Part shown: in pieces, positions 23,914-32,000 of the stretch
Position numbering within the stretch: the stretch's first letter is position 1
Layout of the letters: the number at the start of each line of letters is the position of its first letter
Assembly (NCBI GenBank): GCA_017609205.1
Contig: JAFCEL010000001.1
Coordinates: 180,001-212,000, forward strand
DNA: 32,000 bases
Direction of reading: 5' to 3'
From: Candidatus Saccharimonadota bacterium
GTDB taxonomy: Archaea; Nanobdellota; Nanobdellia; Pacearchaeales; GW2011-AR1
Position numbers and translations under genes: made by a program
Notes under the pieces: generated by a model
The model's input: only the letters and a program-made list of their open reading frames with translations
Database searches by the model: none
Told to the model about the DNA's origin: nothing

Positions 23914-24513
23914 TCATTGAAGAAAAATAAGGGTTCCTTCAATAATTGCTGCAAGAAATAATAAGGGGAGAACAAAAAGAAAGAATATCCTAATGGAATT
24001 CCAAAGATAATCTATAAAGGATTGTTTTTTGTCTTTTTTGAAAATAAAGGTCCCTAACTTTAATCCAAGAGCGAATGAAAGAAAAACCGCTGGTAATTCA
24101 AAGATTCCATGGGGAACAAGTTTCCAGAGAATTGTGAATCCCTCAGCAGAAGTTGTAATTCTAGAAACAAAACCAAGAAAATAACCATTAACAAAAGCGG
24201 CAATAACAGGAAAGACACCAAAGATTATTCCGAAAAGTATTCCGAAAAAACTGCTTTTTAGATTATTTAAGAAAATAAAAACAATTAATTCTAAATGAGA
24301 CATCCCTTCTGTAAGCTGAATTAATTCTCTTATATAAGATATTAACTGGTTATAAACAGACTCTGGAGGTTCAAAAAAATATCCAAAAATAGATGAAACC
24401 AAAAATATCCCAACAATAATAAAAATAAAATTTTTGGATTCATTTAGATAATTAAGAGATTCTTTATACTCTTTAACCAATCCTTTGCTTACTTTCTTTT
24501 TTTTATTTTTCAT
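23914..24513 (-). CDS. SpoIIM-like (DUF95) membrane protein
   Basis: Multi-TM protein with the family hallmark VPHGIFELPAVFLSFALGLKLG. 4-nt overlap with the rhomboid gene. Confidence 0.75.
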   Translation of the reverse strand: MKNKKKKVSKGLVKEYKESLNYLNESKNFIFIIVGIFLVSSIFGYFFEPPESVYNQLISYIRELIQLTEGMSHLELIVFIFLNNLKSSFFGILFGIIFGVFPVIAAFVNGYFLGFVSRITTSAEGFTILWKLVPHGIFELPAVFLSFALGLKLGTFIFKKDKKQSFIDYLWNSIRIFFLFVLPLLFLAAIIEGTLIFLQ

Positions 24514-25184
24514 ATGCTGAAATAACGATTTATCTTTCTAACCTTATTAGGAAATTTACTTTTCAAATAAAAACCATAAGCTAATCCTGCGATTAGCCCT
24601 CCAAGATGGGCTACATTTCCAATAGGAACATTTCCTGCAATAGAAATAATCCATAACAAAAATAAAATCCCTGGACCTGCATACTTCATTTTAACTGGAA
24701 TTGGGATAAACATAATATAAACGGGAAGATTGGGAGTTAATAAAATCAATAGACCAACTAAACCAAATAAAGCTCCAGATGCTCCGACAGCATAAGTATT
24801 CAAATCAGAAGACAAAAACAAACTGGATAAAACAAAAAAAACTCCTGCAATTAATCCTGAAAAAAGATATAGTCCTATATATCTTTTACGTCCTAAAATT
24901 CTCTCAGCAAGTGAGCCTATAAAAAGTAAAGAAATCATATTAGCGAATAAATGAAAAAAGCCCCCATGCATGAACATACTTGTTAAAAAAGTCCAGATAT
25001 ATTTTCCACTCAGAATGTTTGAAGGCTTAAGAGCAATATAATCTAAAAACCTCTGATTCGAATAAATCAGAATAGTAAATACAAAAAAAAGTGCAATATT
25101 AAGAATCATCAGGAGAGTATTCACGCTTATTGAACTCAGAAAATTCTTTTTTTTCGGCGGATAGGACTTATAAATATGTATCAT
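24510..25184 (-). CDS. rhomboid family intramembrane serine protease
   Basis: MFMHGGFFHLFANM (HxxxN), GASGALFG (GxSG catalytic Ser) and AHLGGLIAG (catalytic His). Confidence 0.88.
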   Translation of the reverse strand: MIHIYKSYPPKKKNFLSSISVNTLLMILNIALFFVFTILIYSNQRFLDYIALKPSNILSGKYIWTFLTSMFMHGGFFHLFANMISLLFIGSLAERILGRKRYIGLYLFSGLIAGVFFVLSSLFLSSDLNTYAVGASGALFGLVGLLILLTPNLPVYIMFIPIPVKMKYAGPGILFLLWIISIAGNVPIGNVAHLGGLIAGLAYGFYLKSKFPNKVRKINRYFSI

Positions 25185-25185
25185 T

Positions 25186-25914
25186 CTATTTTTTCTTTCC
25201 CTTAGATTTCTTTTTAGTGGATTTTTTCTTTATTGATTTCTTCTTAGTAGATATTCTCTTTTTAATTGTTCTTTTTTTTGTTTTAGTTACCTTTTTTACA
25301 TTCTTTTTACTAACTGTTTTTTTAATTATAGATTTCTTAGTTTTTTTCTTTTTTTGTTTATTTTCTTTTAAGAGCTGCTTAGCCTTTTTTTTCTCCTCTT
25401 TTTCAATTTCTTCATTAACTTCTTTTAATTCATTATTTAACTTAGTTATAGACTTTTTCAATTCTTTAATTAACTTTGTATCATCTTTCATTGCAAAAAC
25501 ATCTCCACATTCATTACAAGTAAAATTATAAAGTAGGGCATTCTCCTCTGTAAATTCAATTTTGCACCTATTGCAAATATAGAATCTCTTAGTCTCTCTG
25601 CTTTTCAACTGAGAACTAAGCTGATCAATCTTTTTGGAAAGAGAATCTCTAAGAAACTCAAGACACCTAATCTTCTCAATCCTCCAAAAATAAGTATACC
25701 ATCCTTTTCGTTTATCTTTTTTTCTTATTGAAGAAACAAGCCCATAATCAGAAAGTTTATACAAAAGATTTCTCACTTGATTAATTGTTAAATTCATTTT
25801 CTTGGCTATGTTAAACTCATTCACATGTCTTTTACTATTTAAAAAATCTGCAATACTCTCCGACGGTTTGCCTAAGACAATTAACACAGCCTCTCTAAGA
25901 AAATTTTTTTGCAT
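25186..25914 (-). CDS. tfe: transcription factor E (TFE alpha) with ~70-aa Lys-rich C-terminal tail
   Basis: Winged helix (NQVRNLLYKLSDYGLVSSIRKKDKRKGWYTYFWRI), Zn ribbon (CNRCKIEF...CNECG), then KKKKTKKSIIKKTVSKKNVKKVTKTKKRTIKKRISTKKKSIKKKSTKKKSKGKKK. Confidence 0.75.
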   Translation of the reverse strand: MQKNFLREAVLIVLGKPSESIADFLNSKRHVNEFNIAKKMNLTINQVRNLLYKLSDYGLVSSIRKKDKRKGWYTYFWRIEKIRCLEFLRDSLSKKIDQLSSQLKSRETKRFYICNRCKIEFTEENALLYNFTCNECGDVFAMKDDTKLIKELKKSITKLNNELKEVNEEIEKEEKKKAKQLLKENKQKKKKTKKSIIKKTVSKKNVKKVTKTKKRTIKKRISTKKKSIKKKSTKKKSKGKKK

Positions 25915-26019
25915 TCATTTAACAAAAAAAATCTAAATAAATACCTTTCGGTTTCTAAAAATAAGATAAGATTTTTAAACTAAACTATCTATCTAAACAT
26001 ATATTTTAGAAGATATAAA

Positions 26020-26604
26020 ATGGGGTGGTTTAATAAAACAAAAAAAGAGGAAAAAAAGGAATCTTCTATTCCTGAATTGCCAAAACTTCCAGATATTCCA
26101 AATCTCGATGATGAACCTCCAAAAATGAATTTAGATTCTCAAAAGACAATATCGCAATTACCTATGTTCCCTAACAATTCACTCGGAGATAAATTTTCTC
26201 AAGACACAATTAAAGATGCTATTACTGGGAAAAAAGAGGAGACAGAGGAGTTTGAAGCAGATGATTCTGAAGAAGATCAGATGACGCCAAAAATTCCTCA
26301 AATAACTCATGTTCCAGAGTTCTATCGAGAAGGAACAGAAAAGAGAAACTCTTATGGTTTTAGAAGAGTTACAAAAAAAGTGAAAGAAGAACCTTTATTC
26401 ATAAGATTAGATAAATTTGAAGAAAGTTTGCATAATTTTGAAGAGATTAAACAACAAATAGCTGAAATAGAAAAGATATTGCAAGAAACAAAAGAGATAA
26501 AAGAAAAAGAAGGAGCAGAGCTTGAATCATGGGAAAAGGAAATAAAGGCTGTAAAAGAAAAGATACAGAATATTGACAGAGAAATTTTTTCTAAAATAGA
26601 TTAA
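26020..26604 (+). CDS. hypothetical acidic protein with Pro-rich N-terminus and C-terminal coiled-coil
   Basis: 194 aa. PELPKLPDIPNLDDEPP, an acidic middle, and a C-terminal PLFIRLDKFEESLHNFEEIKQQIAEIEKIL coiled-coil. Confidence 0.5.
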   Translation: MGWFNKTKKEEKKESSIPELPKLPDIPNLDDEPPKMNLDSQKTISQLPMFPNNSLGDKFSQDTIKDAITGKKEETEEFEADDSEEDQMTPKIPQITHVPEFYREGTEKRNSYGFRRVTKKVKEEPLFIRLDKFEESLHNFEEIKQQIAEIEKILQETKEIKEKEGAELESWEKEIKAVKEKIQNIDREIFSKID

Positions 26605-26605
26605 A

Positions 26606-26968
26606 ATGAAAAATAAACATAGCGAAGATAAATTTATTCATATAAAATTTGAACGTCAAGAGGCAATTATTTCAAAAAGAGATCTTCTTGAATCTGAAAA
26701 AGGCGTTCTTAAAATAATGAGGGCGGTAAACAATTATAGAAAACTCAGAAATGCTGAAATGAGGTTAAAAATTCGTCTTTATAGAAGATTGAAAGAAATG
26801 AACAGGAGAATCCAAAAAATTCAAAAGAGTGTTCCAGAATTAAGAACCCCTAAAATAATTTCTTCAAAGAAAACAGAGATAAAAAAACCTTTGAAAAGAG
26901 AATATGATGATAATATTGAATTAGAATTAAAAGAAATTCAGAAAAAATTAGCTGCCTTGCAACAATAA
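26606..26968 (+). CDS. hypothetical basic coiled-coil protein
   Basis: 120 aa. It starts 2 nt after the upstream stop. FIHIKFERQEAIISKRDLL is followed by an Arg/Lys-rich helix. Confidence 0.5.
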   Translation: MKNKHSEDKFIHIKFERQEAIISKRDLLESEKGVLKIMRAVNNYRKLRNAEMRLKIRLYRRLKEMNRRIQKIQKSVPELRTPKIISSKKTEIKKPLKREYDDNIELELKEIQKKLAALQQ

Positions 26969-26999
26969 AACTCTTAAACCTCTTTTCTTAATAAGAAAC

Positions 27000-28742
27000 A
27001 TGGACAGAAAAAAATTAATTGAAAAATACATTGAATTTTTTATATCAAAAAACCACAAGGAAATTCCGAATGCGAGTCTAATTCCCGAGAATGATCCCAC
27101 TGTCTTATTTACCACAGCAGGAATGCATCCACTGACTCCTTTCCTTTTAGGACAAAAACACCCTTTAGGAAAAAGACTTGTAAATGTTCAGAGATGCATA
27201 AGAACACAAGACATTGAAGAAGTTGGAGATACAATTCACCATACTTTTTTTGAGATGCTTGGAAACTGGAGTCTGGGAGATTACTTCAAAAAAGAAGCAA
27301 TTGAAATGAGTTTTGAATTCCTTACAAAGGTTCTAAATATCTCTATTGATAAACTTGCAATAACTTGCTTTGAAGGAGATAAAGATGCTCCGAGAGATAA
27401 TGAAGCAGCAAGCGTCTGGATGTCATTAGGGATTCCAAAAGAGAGAATTGCATTTTTAGGGAAAAAAAGTAATTGGTGGGGTCCTGCTGGAAAAACAGGG
27501 CCATGCGGACCAGATACAGAAATGTTTTACTGGAGCTCATCAAAACCAGCCCCGAAAGAATTTAACCCCGACGACAACAATTGGGTAGAAATATGGAATG
27601 ATGTTTTGATGCAATATAATAAGGATGAAAAAGGCAATTATATTGAAGCAAAACAAAAAAATATAGATACAGGAATGGGTGTTGAGCGAACAGTAGCCAT
27701 TCTCAATAGACTAGAAGACAATTATCTTGCAGATATGTGGAGACCGATAATCTCACAAATAGAAAAAGTATCAGAAAAAGAATATGAAAAGCATAAAAGA
27801 GAGATGAGAATTATTGCAGACCATATTAAAGCGTCTGTTTTCATAATTGCTGACGGAATAACTCCTTCAAACACAGAACAAGGTTATGTTCTAAGAAGAT
27901 TAATAAGGAGGGCAATAAGATATGGAAGAAACTTAGGGCTTAAAAATTTCATCCAGAAGATTGCAGAACCAATCTTCAAGATCTATGATGACTACGATCA
28001 TTTGCAAAAAAATAAAAAACAAATTCTAGAAGAACTTGAAAGAGAAGAAAGAAGGTTTAATCTTACACTAGAAAAAGGGTTAAGAGTATTTGAAAAAGTA
28101 ACAAAAAATAAAAAAGAACTTGATTCCAAAAGTGCCTTTTTGCTTTATCAATCATATGGTTTTCCCATTGAGATGACCAAAGAATTAGCAAAAGAAAAAA
28201 AAATAAAAGTCGATGAAGAAGGTTTTAGGAAAGAATTAAAAAGGCACCAAGAACTTTCCCGCACTGCAACAGAAGGAAAGTTTAAATCAGGACTTGCAGA
28301 TAATTCAGAGGCAACAACAAAACTTCACACAGCAACACATCTGTTACTGAGAGCACTTCAAATTGTTCTGAAAGATGATTCCATAATCCAAAAGGGTTCA
28401 AACATTACAGCAGAAAGATTGAGGCTCGACTTCTCATTTCCTAGAAAACTCACAAAAGAAGAGTTGAAAAAAATAGAGGATTTAGTAAATTCCCAGATAC
28501 AATCTTCCTGTGAAGTCGTTCGGGAAGAAATGCCTCTTGAACAAGCCAAAAAAGAAGGTGCTCATGGAATATTTGACAAGAAATACGGAGAAAAAGTCTC
28601 TGTTTATAGTATAGGAGATTTCTCAAAAGAAATTTGTGCAGGTCCTCATGTCAAAAATACCTGCGAACTAGGACATTTTAAAATCAAAAAAGAAGAATCC
28701 TCTTCGCAAGGAGTGAGAAGAATCAAAGCAACTCTTGAATAA
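27000..28742 (+). CDS. alaS: alanyl-tRNA synthetase, short bacterial-type form lacking the C-Ala domain
   Basis: Bacterial-type N-terminus (FFISKNHKEIPNASLIPENDPTVLFTTAGMHPLTPFLLG). Editing-domain metal motifs HTATHLL and CAGPHV are present. The protein ends at 580 aa right after the editing domain. Confidence 0.9.
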   Translation: MDRKKLIEKYIEFFISKNHKEIPNASLIPENDPTVLFTTAGMHPLTPFLLGQKHPLGKRLVNVQRCIRTQDIEEVGDTIHHTFFEMLGNWSLGDYFKKEAIEMSFEFLTKVLNISIDKLAITCFEGDKDAPRDNEAASVWMSLGIPKERIAFLGKKSNWWGPAGKTGPCGPDTEMFYWSSSKPAPKEFNPDDNNWVEIWNDVLMQYNKDEKGNYIEAKQKNIDTGMGVERTVAILNRLEDNYLADMWRPIISQIEKVSEKEYEKHKREMRIIADHIKASVFIIADGITPSNTEQGYVLRRLIRRAIRYGRNLGLKNFIQKIAEPIFKIYDDYDHLQKNKKQILEELEREERRFNLTLEKGLRVFEKVTKNKKELDSKSAFLLYQSYGFPIEMTKELAKEKKIKVDEEGFRKELKRHQELSRTATEGKFKSGLADNSEATTKLHTATHLLLRALQIVLKDDSIIQKGSNITAERLRLDFSFPRKLTKEELKKIEDLVNSQIQSSCEVVREEMPLEQAKKEGAHGIFDKKYGEKVSVYSIGDFSKEICAGPHVKNTCELGHFKIKKEESSSQGVRRIKATLE

Positions 28743-28773
28743 AACTTTTAAACTATCCTATATTATCTTCTAT

Positions 28774-28911
28774 ATGACAAATGAAAATTGCATTTTTCCG
28801 ACATGCCCAAAATGTAAAAAAGGGTATCTTGTTCCTTTTTCATACAAGGAAGATGTTTTTGAAAAATGGAAATGCACTGAATGTGGACATACAATAAATA
28901 AAAGGGACTAG
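28774..28911 (+). CDS. small zinc-ribbon protein (45 aa)
   Basis: Hand translation gives MTNENCIFPTCPKCKKGYLVPFSYKEDVFEKWKCTECGHTINKRD*, with two CxxC knuckles (CPKC and CTEC). It is below the ORF-track cutoff and explains the intergenic gap better than the overlapping minus-strand ORFs. Confidence 0.45.
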   Translation: MTNENCIFPTCPKCKKGYLVPFSYKEDVFEKWKCTECGHTINKRD

Positions 28912-29804
28912 AAAAATAATCCAATAGATTTCCCCTCTGAGATAACAATCACTTCTGGTTTTGAAATAAAATTCGTCGCTGTTCCAAGGTATTTTTCTCC
29001 ATTTTCTAAAGGACTTGTTGTTTCTATAAAACAATAGCCTGTATCTTTAAAATCCATATAAAAGGGACACTTTATTCCAACAGCTTCATGATTTTTATTT
29101 GGAAAATAGAAAATAGCCACACCATAATCCAGTTCTTTTAATAAAAAAGCGAGCAACAAGGATTTTTCTCCACAAGACCCTTTTTCATTATAAATAACTT
29201 CATAAGGGTATTTTAAAGACATCGCCTTTTTCCAGATAGTGCTATTCGTTTTTCCATTATCATACTCAATATTCTGAACAATGCTTATCGCTGCTTTTGC
29301 TTGCTGATTTCTGTTCTTAAATCTATTTTTAATTTCTATAACAAGGGGCATTAACATTACTTTTTGTTCCTCATTATCTATGCTCCTCAATTTGAAATCT
29401 TCACGAGTAGGAACTTTATTCCCCTCTACTGGAATAAATCTTGGAATTTTTGAAACATAATCATAAAAACCTTCATAAGCAATAAAATCAATTGAATCCC
29501 TTACTCCATCGACATTATACTCTAAAGAAATCCTTTTTGAATTAGAGTAATATTTTGAAATACATGAAGAACCATTAAAAAATAAAGATTCAGGACATCC
29601 ACAAACAGAAGGATTCTCAATTAACTTTCCTTTATCACAGAAAAAAGGAGGATTTTTAGAACATTTTCCTTGAGGAGTCTTATCATTACACGAAGAAGGG
29701 TTTAACAAAAAGAAGAGAATAAAAGTGAATAAAAAGAAACCCAATAAAATGAATATCCAAGGGTATTTAGTAAAAAAAACTGAATGCTTTCCCTCATTGT
29801 CCAT
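28908..29804 (-). CDS. membrane-anchored Cys-rich protein with transglutaminase-like cysteine-protease core
   Basis: N-terminal TM, a Cys-rich stretch, then EKGSCGEKSLLLAFLLKELDYGVAIFYFPNKNHEAVGIKC...GYCFIETT. This resembles the Cys...His...Asp/Glu transglutaminase-like core. Confidence 0.45.
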   Translation of the reverse strand: MDNEGKHSVFFTKYPWIFILLGFFLFTFILFFLLNPSSCNDKTPQGKCSKNPPFFCDKGKLIENPSVCGCPESLFFNGSSCISKYYSNSKRISLEYNVDGVRDSIDFIAYEGFYDYVSKIPRFIPVEGNKVPTREDFKLRSIDNEEQKVMLMPLVIEIKNRFKNRNQQAKAAISIVQNIEYDNGKTNSTIWKKAMSLKYPYEVIYNEKGSCGEKSLLLAFLLKELDYGVAIFYFPNKNHEAVGIKCPFYMDFKDTGYCFIETTSPLENGEKYLGTATNFISKPEVIVISEGKSIGLFF

Positions 29805-29837
29805 TAACCAAAAAGAAAGAAAGTTATTTAATTATTT

Positions 29838-32000
29838 CTACTCAAGATAAATAGCAGGCTTATTTGGTTTAGCTTTTTTACTTTTATTTTCTGGGTCATA
29901 TTTATTTTTATCATTGACTGCAAAAACTTTTATCCCATCAACAGATTTGTAAATCTCCAATTCTCTTGGCAAAACATAAACATAAACCTTTGGTGCTTTT
30001 TTTCCAGTTAATTTCTTAATCTGCTCTATATCGGATTTTAATTTTTTAACTGCCTGCTCCTGCATATCAAATCTCTCGTCAATCTTTTTCTCATCTGCAA
30101 TTGGCCATTTTTCCAGAGTAATGAAACTCTTGTTTCCTAATTTCTCCCATAATTCTTCTGTAATATGTGGACAAAAAGGGTGGAACAATTTCAAACTTTT
30201 TTCTAAAACATCTTTAGAAACTTTCTCAGGCAAGGAATTAAACAAATCTCTTATTTTTATAATCGCGAGATTATATCTTAAACATTCTATATCTTTTGTT
30301 ACTTCCTTTATTGTTTTATTTAATTTACTCTCTATTCTAGCTTCGACATTTTTAATAATCTCGACTTTATCAAAATAGTTTATAACCTTTCTAATAAATC
30401 TTGAACTACCTTCAATTCCCCTATCACTCCATTCTATATCCTTATCAGGAGATGCAATTGACATTAAAAAGAGTCTTGCAGTATCAATCCCATATCTCTC
30501 ACTAATCTCCTCTGGTAAAACCACATTTCCCCGTGATTTCGACATAACCGCGCCATCCTCTCCATGAAGCATCCCTTGATTAAATAGTTTTATAAAAGGC
30601 TCGCCAAATTTAACAAAACCCATATCTCTCAGGGCCTTTGTGAAAAACCTAGAATATAAAAGATGCAAACATGCATGCTCTGCACCTCCGATATACTGGT
30701 CAACAGGCATCCAGTAATTCACTTTCTTTTTATCAAAAGGTTCTTTTTTATTTTTATTATCACAATACCTCATATAATACCACGAGGAATCAAAAAAAGT
30801 ATCCATTGTATCTGTTTCTCTTCGGGCTTTTGATCCGCATTTTGGACATTTAGTATTTACAAATTTCTCATTTGTTGCAAGAGGATTTCCTTCTCCGAAT
30901 TTAACATTCATAGGCAACAATACAGGCAAATCTTTTTCAGGAACAGGAACGATTCCGCACTTATTACAGTAAACAACTGGAATAGGTGTTCCCCAATATC
31001 TTTGACGAGAGATTAACCAGTCCCTTAATTTGAATTGTATTGTTTCTCTCCCTAACTTGTTTTTCTCTAAGAATTTTGTGATTTTTATTATTGCTTCGCG
31101 ATTGTTCATATTGTTGAATTTATCTGAGTTAATTAAATTACCCTCACCAGTATAAGCGCGCGACATTTTCTTAGCGTCTAATTCATAAGTCTCAGGCTGA
31201 ATTACAACTTTAATATTAATATTATATTTCTTAGCAAATTCAAAATCCCTCTGGTCATGTGCAGGAACCGCCATTACCATTCCAGAGCCATAATCAGCAA
31301 CAACAAAATTTCCAGCCCAAACAGGAACTTTTTCTTTTGTAACTGGATTAACAGCATAACTTCCTGTGAACACCCCCTCTTTATCTAATTCCTCAACTTC
31401 TTTCATTGATTTTTGGGAAACTCTCTTTATTTTCTTAAGAAATCTCTCAACCTCTTTTTTCTGTTCCTTTGTTACAAATTCCATAAGACGCGGATGCTGT
31501 GCAGAGATGACCATAAAAGTCACACCATAAATTGTATCTGGACGAGTTGTGAAAACAGGAAATTTTTTTCCATTCACCTCAAAATCAATTTCAGTCCCAT
31601 GACTTTTTCCAATCCAGTTCTTCTGCATGGTTTTAATTTTGTCAGGCCACTGCAAATTATCAATACAATCCAAAAGCTCATTAGCATATGCAGTTGTCTT
31701 GATAAACCATTGTTCAAGATGCTTAATTTTAACTTCAGTATCTTCATGTCTCCAGCAACATCCACCAAGAACTTGTTCATTTGCTAAAACAGTATTGCAT
31801 TTTGAACACCAATTCACAGGAGATTTCTTTCTATAGACTAATCCCTTTTCTAAAAACTTCAAAAACCAAAATTGATTCCACTTATAATATTCAGAATCAT
31901 GACTCATTAAAATCCTATTCCAATCATAACTTAAACCAAGAGTTTTTTGCTGTTTGATGTATTTCTTAATTGCCTCATCAGTGCTCTTCTTCGGATGCTT
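29838..32000 (-). CDS. leuS: leucyl-tRNA synthetase, bacterial type (5' end outside the window)
   Basis: The frame stays open upstream of the track Met to the window edge ([41 protein letters not shown]...). Bacterial-type motifs are present: [44 protein letters not shown], and KMSKS as VMSKSRGN. Confidence 0.92.
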   Translation of the reverse strand, partial: KHPKKSTDEAIKKYIKQQKTLGLSYDWNRILMSHDSEYYKWNQFWFLKFLEKGLVYRKKSPVNWCSKCNTVLANEQVLGGCCWRHEDTEVKIKHLEQWFIKTTAYANELLDCIDNLQWPDKIKTMQKNWIGKSHGTEIDFEVNGKKFPVFTTRPDTIYGVTFMVISAQHPRLMEFVTKEQKKEVERFLKKIKRVSQKSMKEVEELDKEGVFTGSYAVNPVTKEKVPVWAGNFVVADYGSGMVMAVPAHDQRDFEFAKKYNINIKVVIQPETYELDAKKMSRAYTGEGNLINSDKFNNMNNREAIIKITKFLEKNKLGRETIQFKLRDWLISRQRYWGTPIPVVYCNKCGIVPVPEKDLPVLLPMNVKFGEGNPLATNEKFVNTKCPKCGSKARRETDTMDTFFDSSWYYMRYCDNKNKKEPFDKKKVNYWMPVDQYIGGAEHACLHLLYSRFFTKALRDMGFVKFGEPFIKLFNQGMLHGEDGAVMSKSRGNVVLPEEISERYGIDTARLFLMSIASPDKDIEWSDRGIEGSSRFIRKVINYFDKVEIIKNVEARIESKLNKTIKEVTKDIECLRYNLAIIKIRDLFNSLPEKVSKDVLEKSLKLFHPFCPHITEELWEKLGNKSFITLEKWPIADEKKIDERFDMQEQAVKKLKSDIEQIKKLTGKKAPKVYVYVLPRELEIYKSVDGIKVFAVNDKNKYDPENKSKKAKPNKPAIYLE

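Noticed and set aside
25130-25531. 133-aa plus-strand Phe-rich ORF, and the possibility of a tandem DNA repeat or CRISPR-like array
   Set aside because: It is the antisense shadow of the Lys-rich TFE tail (AAA/AAG codons read as TTT/CTT). The repeat units are irregular, so it is coding low complexity rather than an array.
27343-28549. Minus-strand ORFs of 66 and 63 aa
   Set aside because: They lie antisense within alaS.
28763-29034. Minus-strand ORFs of 61 and 64 aa
   Set aside because: They overlap the plus-strand two-CxxC zinc-ribbon ORF and the 3' end of the 298-aa gene. They have no motifs.
30121-31836. Several 60-124-aa ORFs on both strands
   Set aside because: All lie inside leuS, either antisense or in alternative frames.

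Overview
AT-rich, gene-dense fragment. It is most consistent with a small-genome, DPANN-like archaeon: TFE, GatD, deoxyhypusine synthase, archaeal-type AspRS and ProRS, and a tRNA without encoded CCA. Several genes are bacterial-type (LeuRS, a short AlaRS, DisA). The lineage call is inference only. The window splits in two. (1) About 1-7522 is an accessory, defence-type island. It holds an AbiJ-like HEPN protein and a 2-TM peptide coupled to a type I hsdS, then a membrane-protein cassette flanked by a duplicated hsdS 3' end. Next comes a tightly coupled four-gene minus-strand operon (degenerate SNase-like, DUF3892, Zn-ribbon, 2-TM protein), a divergent Csa3-like CARF-wHTH regulator, and a convergent hsdR. 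No hsdM, integrase, cas gene or CRISPR array is visible. The island lies between a small GC-rich candidate structured RNA (36-117) and gatA. (2) 7540-32000 is housekeeping. It contains a tRNA-dependent amidation cluster (gatB, K+ channel, aspS, gatC, degenerate Nudix, orf68, gatA), gatD, tRNA-Arg(UCG) and an HtrA-like protease. It also contains DedA, proS, a DisA plus DHH c-di-AMP pair, decarboxylase plus deoxyhypusine synthase, small membrane proteins, and SpoIIM-like, rhomboid and TFE genes. It ends with two coiled-coil orphans, alaS, a Zn-ribbon peptide, a transglutaminase-like protein and a 5'-truncated leuS. The best candidate for an undescribed system is the CARF-regulated SNase-like/DUF3892/Zn-ribbon/TM operon inside the hsdM-less type I locus.
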